Shown: piece after piece, positions 61,701 to 64,000 of the stretch
How the letters are laid out: every line of letters starts with the position of its first letter
Numbering within the stretch: the first letter of the stretch is position 1
Assembly (NCBI GenBank): GCA_965644295.1
Contig: CBFFRP010000144.1
Coordinates: 124,001-188,000, forward strand
Length of the DNA: 64,000 nt
From: Paraphysomonas bandaiensis
Taxonomy: Eukaryota > Protista > Chrysophyceae
Direction of reading: 5' to 3'
Translations under genes and position numbers: made by a program
Notes under the pieces: model-generated
What the model was told of the DNA's origin: nothing
The model's input: the letters and a program-made list of their open reading frames with translations, nothing else
Databases searched by the model: none

Positions 61701-64000
61701 AAATCACATTCCAGATCCTGGTTCGTATACCATTCTTTCGAGACGTCGATATGATAGTATGTACTTGCCAGTGGATATTATTACTGCTAGGGCGTCAACT
61801 ATGTCGTCTGATGTTAATTGCGACACTCAATTCTTGGTTTGGTGCGGCCTGCCGTTTGCTCTCAATACGTGTGAAGAGCTGGAAGGGTCATTTTTTAAGC
61901 AGTGGAGCGTCAGAGTTAAGCGGCTTCAAGAAGCTTCTCTGTCCACAGCGCATGTTATTCACTGTCTGAACGACGTTGATTTCGGGCCTGAATACTTAAA
62001 GTGCAATACCGTCATCATGGAGTGGGACGATTCTTTGGTATCATTGCGTACGTTTTGTGCAAACGCTGGCGAAAGAGGGCTAATTTCAAACAACAGGTTT
62101 CTGCTGTTTCAACAAATAGCATCTGGGCTGATTGACGCACTGAATTCAATTCACGATTCTGGCTTCGTGCTGCGAAGTTTGTCGCCATCTACGATATTTT
62201 TGGGTGGCGACAGCAAATCAGATAATGTAACGATCCGAATTCTTCCTATGCCAACACTTTTAGAAATGGGAGAAAAAAGTAGTCCCGTGATTGATGCTGC
62301 ATTGCTATCTATATGTAATTCCTGGATGCAAAATGATCTTGGGGTGAGGACGTCTGAAGTTAATTGGAACGATTCAGATGGGTTGTCGACACCTTCATGT
62401 GATTTTTTTGCGCTGGGAATTTGTCTGTTCAAAATGGCATTTGGCATTGGACCTCGAAGCAGTTTGTTTGAATTATCCGGAGAAGCTGATATAGCGGCTT
62501 GCTTGTTGGCGGATTTAGTTGGTTGTGACGTAGAGAAAAGCGATTCTACAAGCCTTACTGACTCTACCGAAGACTTGCTTATGGGCAAATTAGTAGGCTC
62601 TCCTCATACCCATCTATTTTTAGCTATTGAAAAAACCATGGACATCAGCACGAAAAACTTAAAGTATTTTTGGGAAGAGTTTTATGATCAAGCAATTAAC
62701 GGTGATGATATTTCAACTGGAGGACTCCTTGTTGACAGTGTCGCTGTCTCCGTATGGGAGAAATGGATGCTTAAAGTGAGTTGCAAACTTCGTGTCGGTG
62801 GGTCGTATGGGATGGTCAAACTTGGAGAAAAAGTAACCAGTTGTTCATTTATGATGACAGCTGGGGAGAGTATTGATAGGATTCGTGCCTTGATGAAGGA
62901 TACATTCGATTTGAGAATGACTGCTCAGGAAGTCGACTTATTTGTCAGAAGCCTTTTTAGAGCATCAATGCGAGGCTCTGTGCCTCCTGCTGCAAAGCCC
63001 GTTCATGAGCAAAGTATCGAAGCTCTCCGTCATTTCGAATCGTTGTTTGAAATTATTGTTGCTTATGGAGTGATGCAGGAAATTCTCTTTGCAATCAGCC
63101 AATGTCTCCGCCAAGGTAGTCTGAAATCTTCAGATAGTAAGTCGTTTTTATCGTCGTTGAAAATGCTCCCTTTATTCGACCCTATTGACGTTAAGGATCG
63201 TAGTGTAGTTAGCACATGTACACATTCCCTTCTATCTGGGTACCGTTGTACGCCTCCGGAATTCGTGAGAAAGTTTTTATTTACACCACTTATTGCATGT
63301 ATAAATGAAGTTGTAAGTGAACTAGGGACAGTTACAGCTGGGGACGCAAGTAGGAGTATTCACGTGGATGAGGCACAATCGAAGCTCGAACACAGCCTTG
63401 TTCACAATCACCTTGAAACACTTTCTAAAATTATGTGTTGCATAGAGGAGTTGCTACTTGTGAGATGTGCTAATCTATTGAAAACACACACACAAATTAA
63501 GTACGAAAAATTGCCGTGCCTGTGTGCTAGTGGCGTTGACGTCAAGTGGATCATTGAGGAGTCAAACTGGGATATACTTGAGGAAATTGTAGAAAGTGAA
63601 TTGCTTTTCGCTATAGCTATGTTTTCGCTCCGTTTTCTTTCCACGGACATTTCTCGTACTAGTAATTCGGACAGTTCGAAATCATTGGAGTTGCACGACG
63701 ACGCTGCCGATATTAATTTTGGCACTATGTCGATGGGCTTTAGACTCCTTCTACGTGTTTCGAAATTTTTGGACAATGTAAGTGTGTGTCTAAATTCTAT
63801 GTGTAGGCAAGTGTATACTGCAATGAAAAAGAATAGCAACTTCAGTTCGACTGTCGAAGGTGTGAACGCATCATTTGAAAGTATGATCAATGAGCGCTAT
63901 CTTGTCGAGAAATATTTCTTCACTGTGATGTCTGTTATTACGATGCTTTGTTCTGGAGAGGAAGTATGTGCACCTCAATGGGGTCGACGACACCGTCTCC
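43736..64000 (+). CDS. Giant multidomain protein (>6,500 aa, 3'-partial): C2, 35+2 Tudor, EF-hands, 4 PUB, WD40, pseudokinase
   Basis: Four small exons from ATG 43736 (MTQLHILIEEGKQL...NTNPSWNETVKL...VVGSARIAVSEI, C2-like) splice in frame into the 9.9-kb Tudor exon. Short introns follow near 54167, 54783, 54949, 55872, 56092 and 56391-56441. Frame 1 then stays open from 56442 to the window end. Confidence 0.9.
44285..52385 (+). repeat. Coding tandem array of 35 Tudor-domain units (216-249 bp each)
   Basis: 35 copies of ccgtggtaaaatgaaatattatcctggtgtaatta counted by eye. Spacings are 216, 219, 228, 231, 240 or 249 bp, all multiples of 3. Confidence 0.97.

Noticed and set aside
56154-63890. 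Numerous minus-strand and short plus-strand ORFs over the last 8 kb
   Set aside because: Shadow frames of the long plus-strand exon, which carries the recognisable domains.

Overview
Eukaryotic nuclear DNA with short GT-AG introns (mostly 45-80 nt) and TTAGGG repeats. The gene content suggests a stramenopile, probably an ochrophyte (inference). Genes in order: an IP3/ryanodine-receptor-like Ca2+ channel (minus strand, runs off the left end) carrying an inserted DysF domain; an SLC6/NSS symporter; a small SAP-domain protein; a KCBP-type kinesin-14 whose P-loop needs a 7-nt microexon; an IQ/WW/zinc-finger/MORN protein; a histidine phosphatase; an intron-dense importin-5-like karyopherin; and a giant gene (>6,500 aa, runs off the right end). 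The giant protein has a C2 domain, 35 near-identical tandem Tudor domains with RG/RS linkers, EF-hands, four PUB domains, WD40 repeats and a pseudokinase. Its first exons and its last 7.5-kb exon are missing from the ORF track. Intergenic islands hold two hAT families with 8-bp TSDs (including a 62-bp mini-element and a copy with an inserted (TTAGGG)5 tract), a 0.7-kb (TATG)n array, and an unclassified ~400-nt dispersed repeat. That repeat has three copies whose hairpins show compensatory base changes, suggesting a structured mobile RNA. All domain calls come from reading motifs by eye, not from database searches.
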